Positions 1 through 13,200 of a stretch of 64,000 bases of DNA are shown here, in pieces (the stretch's first letter is position 1; every line of letters begins with the position of its first letter). The position numbers and the translations under genes are program-made. This DNA comes from Botryllus schlosseri. Taxonomy: Eukaryota. The stretch is taken from the NCBI GenBank assembly GCA_051294905.1, contig CM119372.1, positions 20,772,001-20,836,000 of the forward strand. The letters run 5' to 3'. The notes beneath the pieces are model-generated. The model was not told the DNA's origin. It made no database searches and saw only the letters and a program-made list of their open reading frames with translations.

Positions 1-427
1 GGTCGACTTTGATAACGTACTTACTACTTTAATTATTGGGTCACAGCCTTTAAATCTTCATACAATGTTAGATGCCATCATGAAGATATACAATCCGAAA
101 TTTTGCCATATAGGAAACAATCAAAATGTACACATACCAATACTGTTTTTCGTGAAAAATCAGTTATGCGGTAGGCTGAAGGTCAGGTGATTGCATCTTA
201 CACTGAACCAATTTTTGAGGGTGTGACTCGGTGATCAGGATAGTAATTTCGTTATGATAGTCGAGTATATCAAGTACATCGCTGACCTGCCATCTAGGCT
301 ACCGCATGATAGATTTTTCACAAAAGCCGAAATTGCTATAATGCTATATGTAGGTTTTGAATGTGTTTTATCCCGCGGGGGATAAAAAATATCGTATTGT
401 ATTGTATTGCCAGGTAGAGTGGAATGG

Positions 428-560
428 GTTTGTTCGTTTGTGGTATTCATGGTGTTTGTCGACTACTATGGTCATTCCCCCCATAATTGCCGACTTTTAG
501 CAGGGCCCACTTCTGGGCTTTTATAAGACGCCGCTTACAGGGATGAGATGGCGAGGGGGA
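428..560 (-). mobile_element. SINE 3' part (family of 1826-2104)
   Basis: gtattcatggtgtttgtcgacta..gccgacttttagcagggcccacttctgggcttttataa is a diverged reverse complement of the SINE body and tail. Confidence 0.7.
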
Positions 561-1825
561 ATGTAAATTGATGCTGTGTGTTCGCGTAATATACATTTAT
601 TAGTTATTGATCATGGCAGTGAAGATATCGATTTCTTTGGATCCTACTTCCGAGCTAGGCCAACCTTCGATGTTATATGATTTCTTCTGACCGTCGTCGT
701 TGAAATACCATTGAACCTTACAATAGTTATATGCAGCTAGTAGCCCAAATTATAGATTTAATGAAATATGCTCGTGTCTTTTTAGGGTACAAAGAAATTG
801 GAGAATTTGTGGAAAGCAGTGACATCCTGAAAGGTTTACCGGACATGCAAGAGGATAAAAATGGTTAAAACCAAAATCTTCAATGAGAGAAAAAGATGCC
901 GCTCTGCACTGCATAAGGGGATGTCACAAATGCACGAATAGTCATGGACTATGACATCAGACTTTCAGCACGTAGCGTCAGTGATCTCTAGCACTGACGA
1001 CTGTAGATTACGATTGAGCAATTTCGTTTAGTACCTGGTGGCAATTTTAAATGTACAATTCGTTTCATGATTTTCGTTGCATTCTCTTCACAACATTTTG
1101 TAGCGAATGTGTTTTGATAAATTGGTTTCGATCGCATGCTTCGAACTATTTCATTTCTTGGTGTGATTTAGCAGGTTGACATTGGTAGAATCGAACGATT
1201 TTTTGGCCGCTTTCAGCATTGGCTGGAGGATGCACCCATGGCTCACCATGGGGCGTAGCCGTATTGCTCGAGGTCCGAATTACTGAACAGTGAACAAGTT
1301 GGCGTATGGCTTAAAACAAATGGAAGTTAGCAATTATCAAGTGCCCAAGATTATCACGAATCAAGATTCAATGTGATCTGCTGTAGGGTTTTTAAGAGAA
1401 ACATGAATTTGGAGCGAAGTTTATACGGTAACTCCTTACAATTTGACGCGGCTATAACATGGCGAGAGTCTGAGATCGGTTTAGAGACATGTTAAAGTGG
1501 TCTTTATTCGGTAATATTGGATCACAAAGTGTACAGTGCCTTAGTGGAAAAATTGCCTCATAACTGCTAGTAGACTGTATGGTCCATGAGACGTTATACT
1601 TCCGAGGGATATTAGGGCTGCTTATATTAAACCGAATATATTTATTACCTAATTAGAACTTGGATCTGCTATCGCGACAGAGTAGCCACGGCTGGCCAAC
1701 GAATGTCATAGTGATTTGGATACTAGCCGTAAAAAACTGGTGATCTAATCTGCAGCATGGCCAACTGTAGCTTCTTATAAAGACACATGTTCCGTATTTT
1801 CACAGCAGTTTTCAAACGCAAATAT

Positions 1826-2104
1826 GTGCGTGGTGAAATGGCATGGTCATTGGTATAATCCACAGCTGCAACACCAATGGGTTGTTGGTTCGAGTCCGGC
1901 TGAGGACGACACGAGAATTCCTACCCAAGTGTTGGAGGTTTATCTAGGCTCGTCGTCATCCTGTGATCCGCGTAAGCGGTGATTTATAAAAGCCTAGGAG
2001 TGGGCTGTGCTAAAAGTCGGTGAATACGGAATCAAAAAATGAATATAGGCATACTCTAAAACTACGAAATTAGTCAAAACTCCATGAATAAAAAACAAAC
2101 AAAC
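1826..2104 (+). mobile_element. tRNA-derived SINE, near full length
   Basis: A-box-like TGGTGAAATGG (1831) and B-box GGTTCGAGTCC (1887-1897). The body (ataaaagcctaggagtgggctgtgctaaaagtcgg) and tail (ccatgaata..caaacaaac) recur in reverse at 428, 38797 and 52022. Confidence 0.75.
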
Positions 2105-2576
2105 GGCGAATTATATATCGCGATCATCGATATCGTACAAGGATGACGTCGTGGATTTCAAATAGTGACGTCAAAAGTGATTGTCATTGGTAAATGACTC
2201 TTTTGACGAAACTGGTTCCCGAACCTTGTCATATAATACGACGTCAATGTCCACCTTAGTTCAGTAACAGCAATGGTCATGGTCTGGTAATTCAAAATGG
2301 CGAATTGTCTCCCTAAGTAACAAATGTCCACTAAAGTGGTCTATTAGATATTGAAAAAGTTGGGAAAAATTAGGGCGACCGCAGTTGGAGGACATTTCGT
2401 GTATATTCTAAACGCTGCGATATAAACCGCAAATCACCAGTGACAAAGCGCGGAATCGATATTCCAAAACCAATCGAGTTATTTTCAGACGCCTAGTTTG
2501 TCTCCTTCTGTTGGCGATAACTGTCGCCCAACTGCTTCAAAACAGGACTGTCCACCAAAGTAGTCTAATAGGTAAA

Positions 2577-2596
2577 TATATATATATATATATATA
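2577..2596. repeat. (TA)n microsatellite
   Basis: Directly visible. Confidence 0.8.
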
Positions 2597-5500
2597 CATA
2601 TCGACTTTGTAATTAAAAAAAGGGCAAAAGAAAACAGTCAACAAAAGAACATCGAGCGATACAGTTTTGCGCTCGTGTTACCAGAAATGATTTGTGTTCC
2701 CGATCGGGTGGTCAATTTCCAGCCCCAGGTTGTATTCCGAAAAGCTTGTGTAAGATACGTTATCATCTATGTCAGCAATGGCCAATTATTTTCCCCGCGG
2801 GCCAAATGAAAGCAGAAAATACATCTTCCATCACATCCTAGAGTAGATACAGACATAATTCGACTCGCCCCACCCGACAACGTGCAGTTCCCGTTTGGAA
2901 TGCCGTCGTCACCGTCGCGCGTTGCAGGTATTTAATAATTCGTAGTAACAATCACTTGATATTAGGACGGGTAATTATACACTCTTTGTAATTATTGTAA
3001 GAAGGCATTCCTATCGCGCCATCGTTTACCGAACTATCAGCGGCATTACAACTAGCTGAGGGATTAGCAAACGTTCTATTGAACGTAAATCGCTGGATGA
3101 TAGCGAATATAACGTTCGTTTAGAAGTTGCTACCGTTCAATGAATTCCAATCGCAACAAACAACGGGTTCGTGGCGTCATTGGCCATCGGGTATTGTCCG
3201 TAACACCGTCTCGATTCCACGAAAAATAGGGTGCGACCTATATCGCAATAACTTGAATGCATGTCAACAACTATATCATCACCGATTGAAAGCATCGCGG
3301 TTTACCCACAATTCATAGGTATTGCTCTGTGTATAGTCCTAATTTCATATTTGAGAATTCTCTCATCAATAGTCATAACGTTCCATGTCATCAAACCATA
3401 GTGTCCTATATGGTGTCGACACAAGCAAATCGCACGGTTCAATGAAATTGTACACGTCACAGTTTTCATTTGGCTACAGGCAATTTGACGGTGATTTTTG
3501 ACCGGCTTGCCGAGCATTAAATTTGATGAATCGGGTATCAATCGAAAGCTGACTCTGCACTGATTACGAAAATATAAATTTTATTCCGCTCGCGGCCCTG
3601 GAACCCCCACAATCAGCCCCCAATTATTCATTGTAGAGTAGATTGGCAGTGTGACGCAACAATGCTATCTGGTGAAACGAGAGACTAGCTCAAGAGCAAG
3701 GATGCGGCCGAGCGGCGAGAGTGGGATCAGCTGACGTCGCGGCAATAGCGATGTGCAAACGCGCCACAGAGAAACGCTGCGCTGTTGACACTTTTTCTAT
3801 GCGTTCCGGTACAAGCGAGCACACACCAGCCTTTGACTTGTAAGGGTAGAACTTGGTCCACAGAATGTATTAGGGCCCTACCAATTTTCGCGCAATATCC
3901 TTCAGCTGATAAAGATATGTAGGCTACGTCTAAGTAGTCTACATTGGATATGTCAGACCTTTCAGAGGTTCCCACCATCCCTAGTAGATATGGTAGGCGC
4001 TGTTCGAAATAATAAAGCGCAAATATCCCGATTCTGAAGCACGAATAAAAAGTACAGAAGCATTTACTGCCATTAGATGGGGGTCTGATTCCAAAGACTA
4101 CTCCAAGTCGTTTCGACACCTTCCTATCTTTTTATTGTATCGCATTTTTGTGGTGTATTGAACTGATAAAAATTGCTAATAAACCGAACCAAGAACCAAG
4201 ATTTGCTTCGTTGTGTTAATGTAATTTCGCCAAAAGAATATAAATGAATTTAATGTATCGCATATTCGTGCTGGTTACAGTTGCAGCTGCATTCTATATC
4301 CAAGGACTCCACCACCGTACAAATATGTAATTTTGTATATTGGTGTAACAGATAGCAAATAGCAACCACACGTATAATACTCGCGGTCAACTAGCGTAGG
4401 CAAGAAACTTGAGAACTATTAATGTTGCTACTTCGCTGCGATTATGCGACGCCACTTTGGTAACACAATGTAATCGTATTGCTGAATGCACCTTTTGTCT
4501 CTCATTCATCATCGCCCACGGGTCGGAAAGTAGATAATAAAGGCAAAGGGTAACGTTCAAGTCTGATATCCGATTCACGTTATCGCGTCGCTGCCCGATA
4601 TCTGTTTCGGAACAGCGCCCACTAGCGACAGGACAACGGTATTTCATGCGCTGACTGAGTTACGAACGGATGGTTGTCTAATGCGCAATCTAGTGTCAGT
4701 TTGATGGCGATTGTCTCACGGCAGGAACGCTATCAAAGTTCAACTGTACCAGGAAAATTGAAGGCTGTGATATTCTCACTATAACGCCACCGCTCATGAT
4801 TAATGGTGCAGTTGTGATGACATTATATCCGATGGCCGCTGCCCAATTTGTCAATTATCTGCGAAAACGTCTCGGATTGCCCTGTCATGAATGTAGTTAC
4901 CCAGCGTTAAATCATTGTCATTCTGAGATACAAATTTCATGCCTGCAATCGTCGCTGTCAAATCGCCTGTCACAGCAACGCGACACGTAAATCCCGGTAA
5001 CTTCTTTCCATGACAGCCAGCGATGACCACAGCCTTTCGAAGAGAGAGAAGCGCGTACGCGTTGCTGCGCAAGGCACGTTTTGTTTAGAAGAGAGGAAAG
5101 CGCAACGGGTGTTTTAGCCGTAGGTTCAAACGCGGCCGTTCGGACAACGCACCCGCTTGAACTTTTTCGAGGACTCGGAAACTGCAGCACGAGCCGAGCT
5201 CTTGCGAATGACCTCAGGATTGGGTTGGTCAGATTTTTTGACGGCTACTTTAATCAAGTGACCAATGGCGGATAGCTCTGCAAAATTCATGGATGGGATA
5301 TCGCTTTTATGACAGTTGTTGATCTTGGCTAGTCGTCGATCGGATTGTCGCCACATTGATTTTTGGCAGTACAGAATATGCGTGCGCCGTTTATTTATGC
5401 ATATGTTATCATCTGCAGGGGAGGCGTGTCTTCATTTTGAATTAATTGGAGGGTTGGGGAGCGCGCGCATACTTTAATAATTAAGAAGAAGTGTAGATCT

Positions 5501-7132
5501 TGAAAAAAAGTGAGGTAATGTAAGGCGTGATTGTGAGGTACTAAAAGTTGTGGGGCCACCGCAACTCGCAAGTTACAGATTCGACGCGTTCGCCATTACT
5601 GAAAGTTTAGCAAGTACTCTGCAGTCGGCAGCACCATTTGTTTACGAACACGAACGAAGAAGCGCCCTTGTAGAGCTAATCTTTTGAATACTGCCTTGCA
5701 GCATTGCTTTTCAACTGCTACCGCAAGACGGTTTCCGTGACAAAATTTCAGGGCCAAACGCTCTGTAATTACTGAATGTTTCATGTCGCAATATATGATT
5801 TATTTATACCTCAGTGGTTCATAATCCTTCATGTTACAATGCCAACGCTGTGACTTTGTGATAATTAAAACTAGGTTCCTTTACACGGGCGGGGTCGGGA
5901 CTGATAGATATCGAAAAACAAGATCAATCAATTTTTTGTAGAGATTCATCCTTCCAAACCAACACGCAACAATATGTCGGGAACTTTGAGTAAAACCCAA
6001 GTGACAAATGTTAACTCAATGTTTCGAATGCTCGTTGCAAACGAAATCTTCTATCTCGTACGCAACGCCCAATATTCTTTGAATGTGCGGCCTACGTTGT
6101 GCGCTTTACTGACCGCTGCGTTGTAATTGCGAAGGGTCATTAGGGAGGTTCAATCAAGTGCGCGCGCTCTCTCCTTTAGCTAATTTATAAGGCGAGATTT
6201 GGATTTTTCAAGATCAGTGCAGCGACGGATTAAAGGAGACATTACATATTGCAATGCGGAGCATCGTAAATATCTTCAGCTGAACGCAGATAAATTTTGT
6301 GTGATAAGGCTTGCCTCATTATGATATTGTGCCTTGTAACTCGCCCAATTCAACGTTTCAAAACTGTGCAATGTGCCAACGCGGAAGCATGAGGGCAGTT
6401 TTCCAGGTTTTCATGGTGTTCAAAATCCCTGTAGTGATATACGGAACAAACGTGGTTATGGCAAAGGCAACGTATCTTGTCAGCTTGATAATCGTCAAGT
6501 GCAGATTGTGCACTGTGCAGGCTTTACTCCTGTACAACCTTCATGATAACCACATTGAGACTAAGTCCTATGCAATCGCTAGGATCCGAACGAAATTGAA
6601 AGAATACGTTACCGTTAAGCCCATCATCAACGCACAACTCGCGCATGCCGTGAAACATTACCGCTTCCTGTGTATCTGGGTCAGTGTGCGTGCTTTGCGA
6701 ACTCCTGGCGGTAACTCACGGAACTGTGTCACACCGCGGTTCTGTCGCTGTTTTGCACAAATAACTTGGGAGTGAGGCTACTGATGATAGAGACTCCCTG
6801 CTATTCGATTACGGGTCAAGTGTGTACTTGTTCGTGTTTACGTCTTGTGAAATAAATGGATTAAAATGCGAAGCCGACACCGTGGATCATGTCGCATTGG
6901 CCCGTGTTCATTAGCTGGAGCAATTCGTTGTGTTTTATGCGATTACCAGAATGTGACTTCGCAATCGGTTGCTATCTATCAAGAAAAAGCTTAAGAAAGC
7001 CTCACATACTGCAGCGTACGCACCGCGTTCATGATTCTAACCTTGTGCTGTTGTTTTCATTTTGATGACACCCTTAGCTAGATCGGATTATCTGCTTAAT
7101 TCTGAGGCTTCCATCAACTTACGAATCCGCGG

Positions 7133-7208
7133 ATGATGGAGAGAAGTGACACTTACGACCCACAAAAGATTGGATTGAGAAGAGCGAGTGACTCTGTCTT
7201 TGAGGGAG
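7133..7208 (+). CDS. Zinc-finger gene, probable first coding exon
   Basis: ATG..MMERSDTYDPQKIGLRRASDSVFEG, then G|GTGAGT phase-1 donor matching the phase-1 acceptor at 12351. Confidence 0.6.
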
Positions 7209-10200
7209 GTGAGTCTTCACAATATGATATGAATATTATATGCTGGTGTCGGTTCGCTGCTCAATTCTGCATTGCTGCAACGTGGATGTACTTAAAAGTT
7301 GATAAAACCTTCCTGAAATCCATCTTATTATACAATTTATTTAACAAAGCAGATTAATTTGCTTTTTTTGTGATGCCACCGTGTTTGAATTTATTGTTGG
7401 TCGAATTTCAACGGTAACTCGACTCAATGTAACACTGGTTCTGATAACAGCAAGAGAGCATATCGCGAGGTGCAGTTAATTTAGTTCCACTTGGTGACCG
7501 ACATAGCACTGGTCCTTCACTGCAACCACTGGTAAGAAATTACGCATTGGTTTGCAATAACCATGTGACTCGCGCTAATTGCTCTGGGCCGATATCCTAC
7601 TCACCCGCTCATATCCATTTTATAATGGATTTTTTAGTGCACTATTACAGCAGACTTATGCCGCTGATGTCATCAGCTCTCTGCTCTAGTGAAACAAAAA
7701 TATGCTGGTCCAAGATAATCAGTGCCGAGGAGGCGAGGACTGTTAGAGATTTATGACACAATGACCCATCCTTATGATTATGACGTCACCACGAAAAGGT
7801 GATAGCAGAAAAATGATGAATACACTTTGACGCCGACCAAACATAAAGTAGATTCGGTCTGGTGGGAGATGCAATCATTATTTGAGAGTCATGTTATGTG
7901 ATGTAATAATTTTTACATAATCAAATACAGTAGAATTGTGACAAACTGAATTATTATTGCAATAACCTTTGCAACAACCTTTTGGAGTTTTCATTTGTGG
8001 TATTTCGATTTTCCACTCAGTTCATTCCACAGTCCACACTGACAGCCGTCATATTCAATTGGAATTCTTAACTCCCTTGTGATATATGTCAATAATATTG
8101 TGCTTACAGTTATAGAAACGTACACAATCAATTAACATTGTCGAAGAAACTAATGTCGGGCTTCGGTATCGACGTATCGGTATATCTTACCGCATTTGAC
8201 CCGGTGCTTAACAAACGTCGTGGTACACAGTGTCGCGTCGTGACCTCGTCGGATGCATGCTTCGTATAATACGTGCATCAGAGTTTTTGTTAGAACTAAT
8301 TCCCGACACCTCCACGTAACGCCTAGCTGTGCCGAACGCAAAAGTCGTTTGGGGGCATTCATGATGTTAAAATGACTCGAGGCATCCACCGGAAGAGCCT
8401 AGATCTTGTATCGACACGGTTGCGTTCTGCAAGGTGTGGCCTTTCCGTGATTTTTAATCAGATATATTGACATCAAACGTTGTCGATAAGATGCGAGATT
8501 GTTACTAAATTCGGCTGTGAGCGTCGAAATCTATAGGCTCACATTTTAAAATTATTCGGTTCACAAGCACCGCGTTCGGGAATTCGCGCGGCAACCAGTG
8601 TAATCTGATACTTCTTTGCGAATGCGAGACGTGAATTCGCTCCAGCGAGAGGATGCCGAGAAAATAATTTCCGCGCGTTGCAAAGTTTTCGTATGATTTT
8701 CGAATTGCCCCCAGCCTTCATTACGTTAAAAATAACGAGATGAAACATAGGATGATTCAGACGGCGCGTTGGCCTATTGTAAAATCTACTCCAGCTTCCC
8801 TCTGTAACGTGAGACAGCATTTCCAATACCACAAACAGGAAGAAAATGTAGGTCGATTGCCAACTGTGTCGAAACGCTTAAACGCGATGCCTGATCGGCG
8901 CAAAAGCTGGCGTGGTTATTCCTATAAATCTACGAAGTATGTATAGCTTTACGAAAACGTCTATTCACCGCACCATTTCGAATTTATTTTAACATTACCG
9001 TTGATTTTGTTGCGCATTATTGTGAAAATACCGCAGCGGGTAATTATTAAATATATTTTTTAATCCATTGATTCAAATGCTGCATGAAAGTTAAGAGCTG
9101 CAATGAAACAGTTCTCCAAATACACTGTACACAAGGGCCAAGGAAACTAACCCCAAATAATCTAACTCAATTTGGTATAATCACCGTCTTCGCTCCTCGT
9201 ATCAAAGTGCCATTGTGCGGTTACATAATTTGAGCTGCGCATCAAGTACATAGGATTTATGGCAAAGTTGTACTGTAAACCCGCAAGTTTATCTTTAACC
9301 GACAATACGATTCGGTAGCACTTGAACCAGCTTGACCCTAGGAGATATTAGACGTGAGCTTGATAATGAATATCTTGCGTACTGACAATAGCACGATCAC
9401 GTGATCGCATTCGCTCATTTCTCCGAAATTGTGTAATAACACGACGGGCGCCAACGCCCGAGGGCGAGGCGTTCGGCCATTTGATTTCGATGGCAGATAG
9501 CTTTTGAGGTTAAAGTCTTGAATAAAATATCCGGTCGAGGTGCTTCGACTTCTGTGTGTGTAATTAGCGAGGAAATCTAATGCGATCAAATGGTCCCGTA
9601 TAGCAAAAATATTGAAACGAAGAACTTCTTCTCGTCCCAATTACGGGCGGAGCTACGCGCTGAAATACGGATTTATGTCGAACTTGATCGGAATATTGTC
9701 GGCTTGCGTAATCTAATATGTAGGTTCATGTCTTGGTGGTCACATATGGCTTTGTTTTGGGTGGGGGTTTTACGTTTATCTCGATTATTGAGCATGGTTA
9801 TGGGGATTTGGGCAAACGAAAAAAAGATCGTATTTTTTTTACAAATTGCCCAATCGCGATCAAATTCGCAATGCGCGATGTCACGTAGGTCTTGTTACAA
9901 ATGGTTTCTATCACTAAAAATCCTCCATCAGAATTAGTCACTGTTTCTAATAATTTTAAGAATTCTTTCGATGACAGTTAGGAGGATGAATAACCACCGA
10001 AATCTCATTCAATCCTTGGAGATATTTTCGTTGGTATACTTCTTCTCTGTATGGAATGATTAGAAAACAGTCTGTTACTTTTTGGTCAAGGCAGCCTATA
10101 TACTTATTAACTATAGTCCAGGGGTGGCCAACCTTTTTGCTATTCACGGAAGCATTTCGAGTAGTCATGTAGCCTACGGCCGCATGCCGGGTCATAGTTC

Positions 10201-13200
10201 GTAATGAACAAACTGGACGCCAAATACCAAATTAAACTGTCCATGCCCATTTTAGGTGAGCTCCAGACTAACCTTATCTATTCATATCGGTTTACTAGAT
10301 AGGCTACGCACCGAAATCGCGAGTGGTTATGTTATGAATAGATTCTTAATGGTCGCGCAAAGCGCGAAAAAATTTCAGATTCACGACTGTATTTTGTCAG
10401 TTCGCAGTTTCACATATTACTATCAAACATTTTTCCTTTCTCAGCCAATGTGATAAGATTCCCCGGTAAAATTGATGGAGGGTGTGTTTTCGAAAATTTA
10501 GGGCAAGTTATAAATGATGATGTATCTACGGGTGGACCAATTGTGATAAGTCACTTTGTTATTTCTTGACCTCCCATCAGGATTGGCGGTATATTGGAAA
10601 GATATCGAAATCACCCAAACGCACCATAGAAACAAATTTCTTTCGCGAGGAGGACACGATTCCAAGTTTGTATTTCTATATGGGGCGCATCATTTTTCGT
10701 TGCTGTTTACATCTGTACTGTGGTGCTTAGGGTGCAAAGGACGCTGCAATATTATAACCGAAAAATGAAGTCGCGTTGAATCGCGCGCAGCAGGAAGAAA
10801 AAAATTGATCAAAATCTCCTAAAAATGTATGAGTAAATTCGCCAATTCAATTTTCATGTCGACGGCCGCCAACACATTCTAATTGAAATACGCGTCCACG
10901 GCCGCACAAATTTTCTGCAGCGGCGGCAGGTAGGCCACCCCTGCTATAGTCCATAGTATAGTTACTATATTGTAGGAGTTTTAACATGCAAAAGAAGATT
11001 GCCCACGTGGAAAGGTATATTTCCGTTTAGTTGTCAACACACCTCGTAGAAACACAATGCATTCACTGAGATCCGCCTATTATATATCACTGCAAACGAC
11101 TCATTTCAACAAATTCCTTCATATTCTAATCTTATAATCGTTAATGATTGTCGTGACCCGAGATGACGTTCATTAATTACTTCTTCTTGTGAATAATTTT
11201 GCAGAGCTCTCGATAAGCCATCACGGTCCATTTTGTACGAACCCACTATATTTGTTCAGTCCCGATTCCGATGTGTGCAGATGTCACGATTATTCGGAGA
11301 GATCGTGGTATTTGAGTTACAATTTTAGGGGGAAACGCTTTTTCAGCTATGGCCTGTGGAATGAATACAATTCAATAGCTTTACTTACCACAAATATCAT
11401 CATGTTTCAAGCTAACATACCCCCATAGACGCTCGAGAACAGGTACGAACTTGATTGCTAATGTACCGAGATTCGTGTTGATATTGCAAGATTGTTCTCT
11501 ATCCAAGTGTAATCTACAACATCATGCGTATTGACCGAATCACGAATGGCAGTATAATCGGTTTTAATCACCTTGGTTCGGGATTAGCTTGTGCATATTT
11601 TTGGCCTATAGGATGAATATTAACAGCTACATGGCTGTCACTTCAATTCCTATTGCACTTTGCACACGGTTAGAAACAGCCATGTAACGATGTGAGCCGT
11701 TGTCAGGGATGAAAACATGAAATGCAGGCGCCTGACTTGAATTTCATTCCAGAGGTATTGACACATTTGCGATCACAAATCCTATACAAACTGACAGTCA
11801 ACATTCGGCGTACTTGTTTTCCCTCAGATTCTGTAGCCGCGAGCTGAATAAGCACGTATCAATTTGTCATCGTTTAACCTACAGAGAGATCGTGGCCGAA
11901 ATGTGTAGAAATTGTGGCCAGTTTCAGAGCAAATGTTGTAAAGTGAAGGGACTGCCAGCAGATGTTGGTGTGAGAAGTCTTTACAAAACTGCTGTAAAAT
12001 GTTGCATTGCCGCCAATTACTTGCATCCTCAATGTTCAATGACTTATTGAAAGCTCTATCGATTGAGAACATACTGTTGCTGTTTCGAAGATTGCTACAG
12101 TATTTTATGTCTGATTAAACTACAGATTATTCGAATCAACTTTTGTGATCAACTGTCCGCGTGCGCGTCCCATTTAAACATGGTCATTGTTTGTGATTGT
12201 GACTGTCGCCAGAGTATAGGTGTTGGACTGATTGACTTTGCCAAATCTTTCCTACATTTTCGTTGCATCGCAATCTTGCAATGTTTTAAATTGATGGAAT
12301 ACGAATAAAAATGATTGATTGACAATGGTCATAATATCCATTTCCTCAAGGTGACTCCGAAGAATACCTGGGCCGCCCGCATATGTGCGAAACCTGCGGG
12401 AAACGATTCACGCTATTGGAAAACTTGAATCGGCATCAGATGATCCACACTAACGAAAGACCATACGTTTGCAATTATTGCAACAAGAAATTTCGACTCG
12501 CCCAACACCTGAAGGAGCACATTCGCATTCACACCGGTAAGTGCTGAACAGGGGTTTGTGACATTATTTGCCGTCAGGTGGCAGTGTTATGTCAACAGCG
12601 GACGAGTTCATAGTCCAAGTCTGCACGCGTGGTGGATTATCTGTTTCAAATTGGCCAATAGAGCAATGCACAGATTTTTAAAAAATTACGAACCTTTCCG
12701 CAGTGATTTTCGCAAAAAATAGATAATACGTGTAATTGACAGGCTTGTGACATATTATATTTGATCATCTGGTGAGGATTTTGACATATCGACTTCGTCC
12801 GCAGCTCTTGCCGACCCAGACATATGTACCTTCATTTTCTTTGCTCGCACATTTAATGCTAGCTTCCTGCTTCTCTTTTGGTGTACAATACACGTGCATC
12901 GTGCATGCATGCCTTATTACAAAACCTTTCTTCAATTTTCATTGCTAGCAATGAGCCCTGGTGTGTCTTTGATTGATAGACTTTACAAACTTATTTAGAT
13001 CTTTCATATTCTTTGGTTTTATCGCGATCTTATGGTATTTTCAGTTGGTAAATAGATAGTGGAGTGGTTGCTTGAGTCCTTGAACAGGTGATGTACACTA
13101 CATTCTTAGAACCAATACTTGCTAACTATGTATTTACGAAATAGTCGAAAATTATTGAAAGTTTCGGCAGCTTGATAACAACACCTGGAGATTATATGGG

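Noticed and set aside
787..867. Possible terminal exon of an upstream gene (YKEIGEFVESSDILKGLPDMQEDKNG*)
   Set aside because: It has a plausible acceptor, but it is short, has no recognisable homology and no linked exons.
1826..1900. Possible tRNA gene
   Set aside because: It has A/B boxes but no convincing cloverleaf, and it continues into a multi-copy body and tail, so it is a SINE head.
3650..4280. Possible solo LTR (TG start, AATAAA, CA end)
   Set aside because: No matching TSD or second copy was found.
4790..5400. CpG-rich stretch with short ORFs upstream of the zinc-finger gene
   Set aside because: All frames are interrupted and no consistent splice path was found. It may be regulatory or UTR, but this is unsupported.
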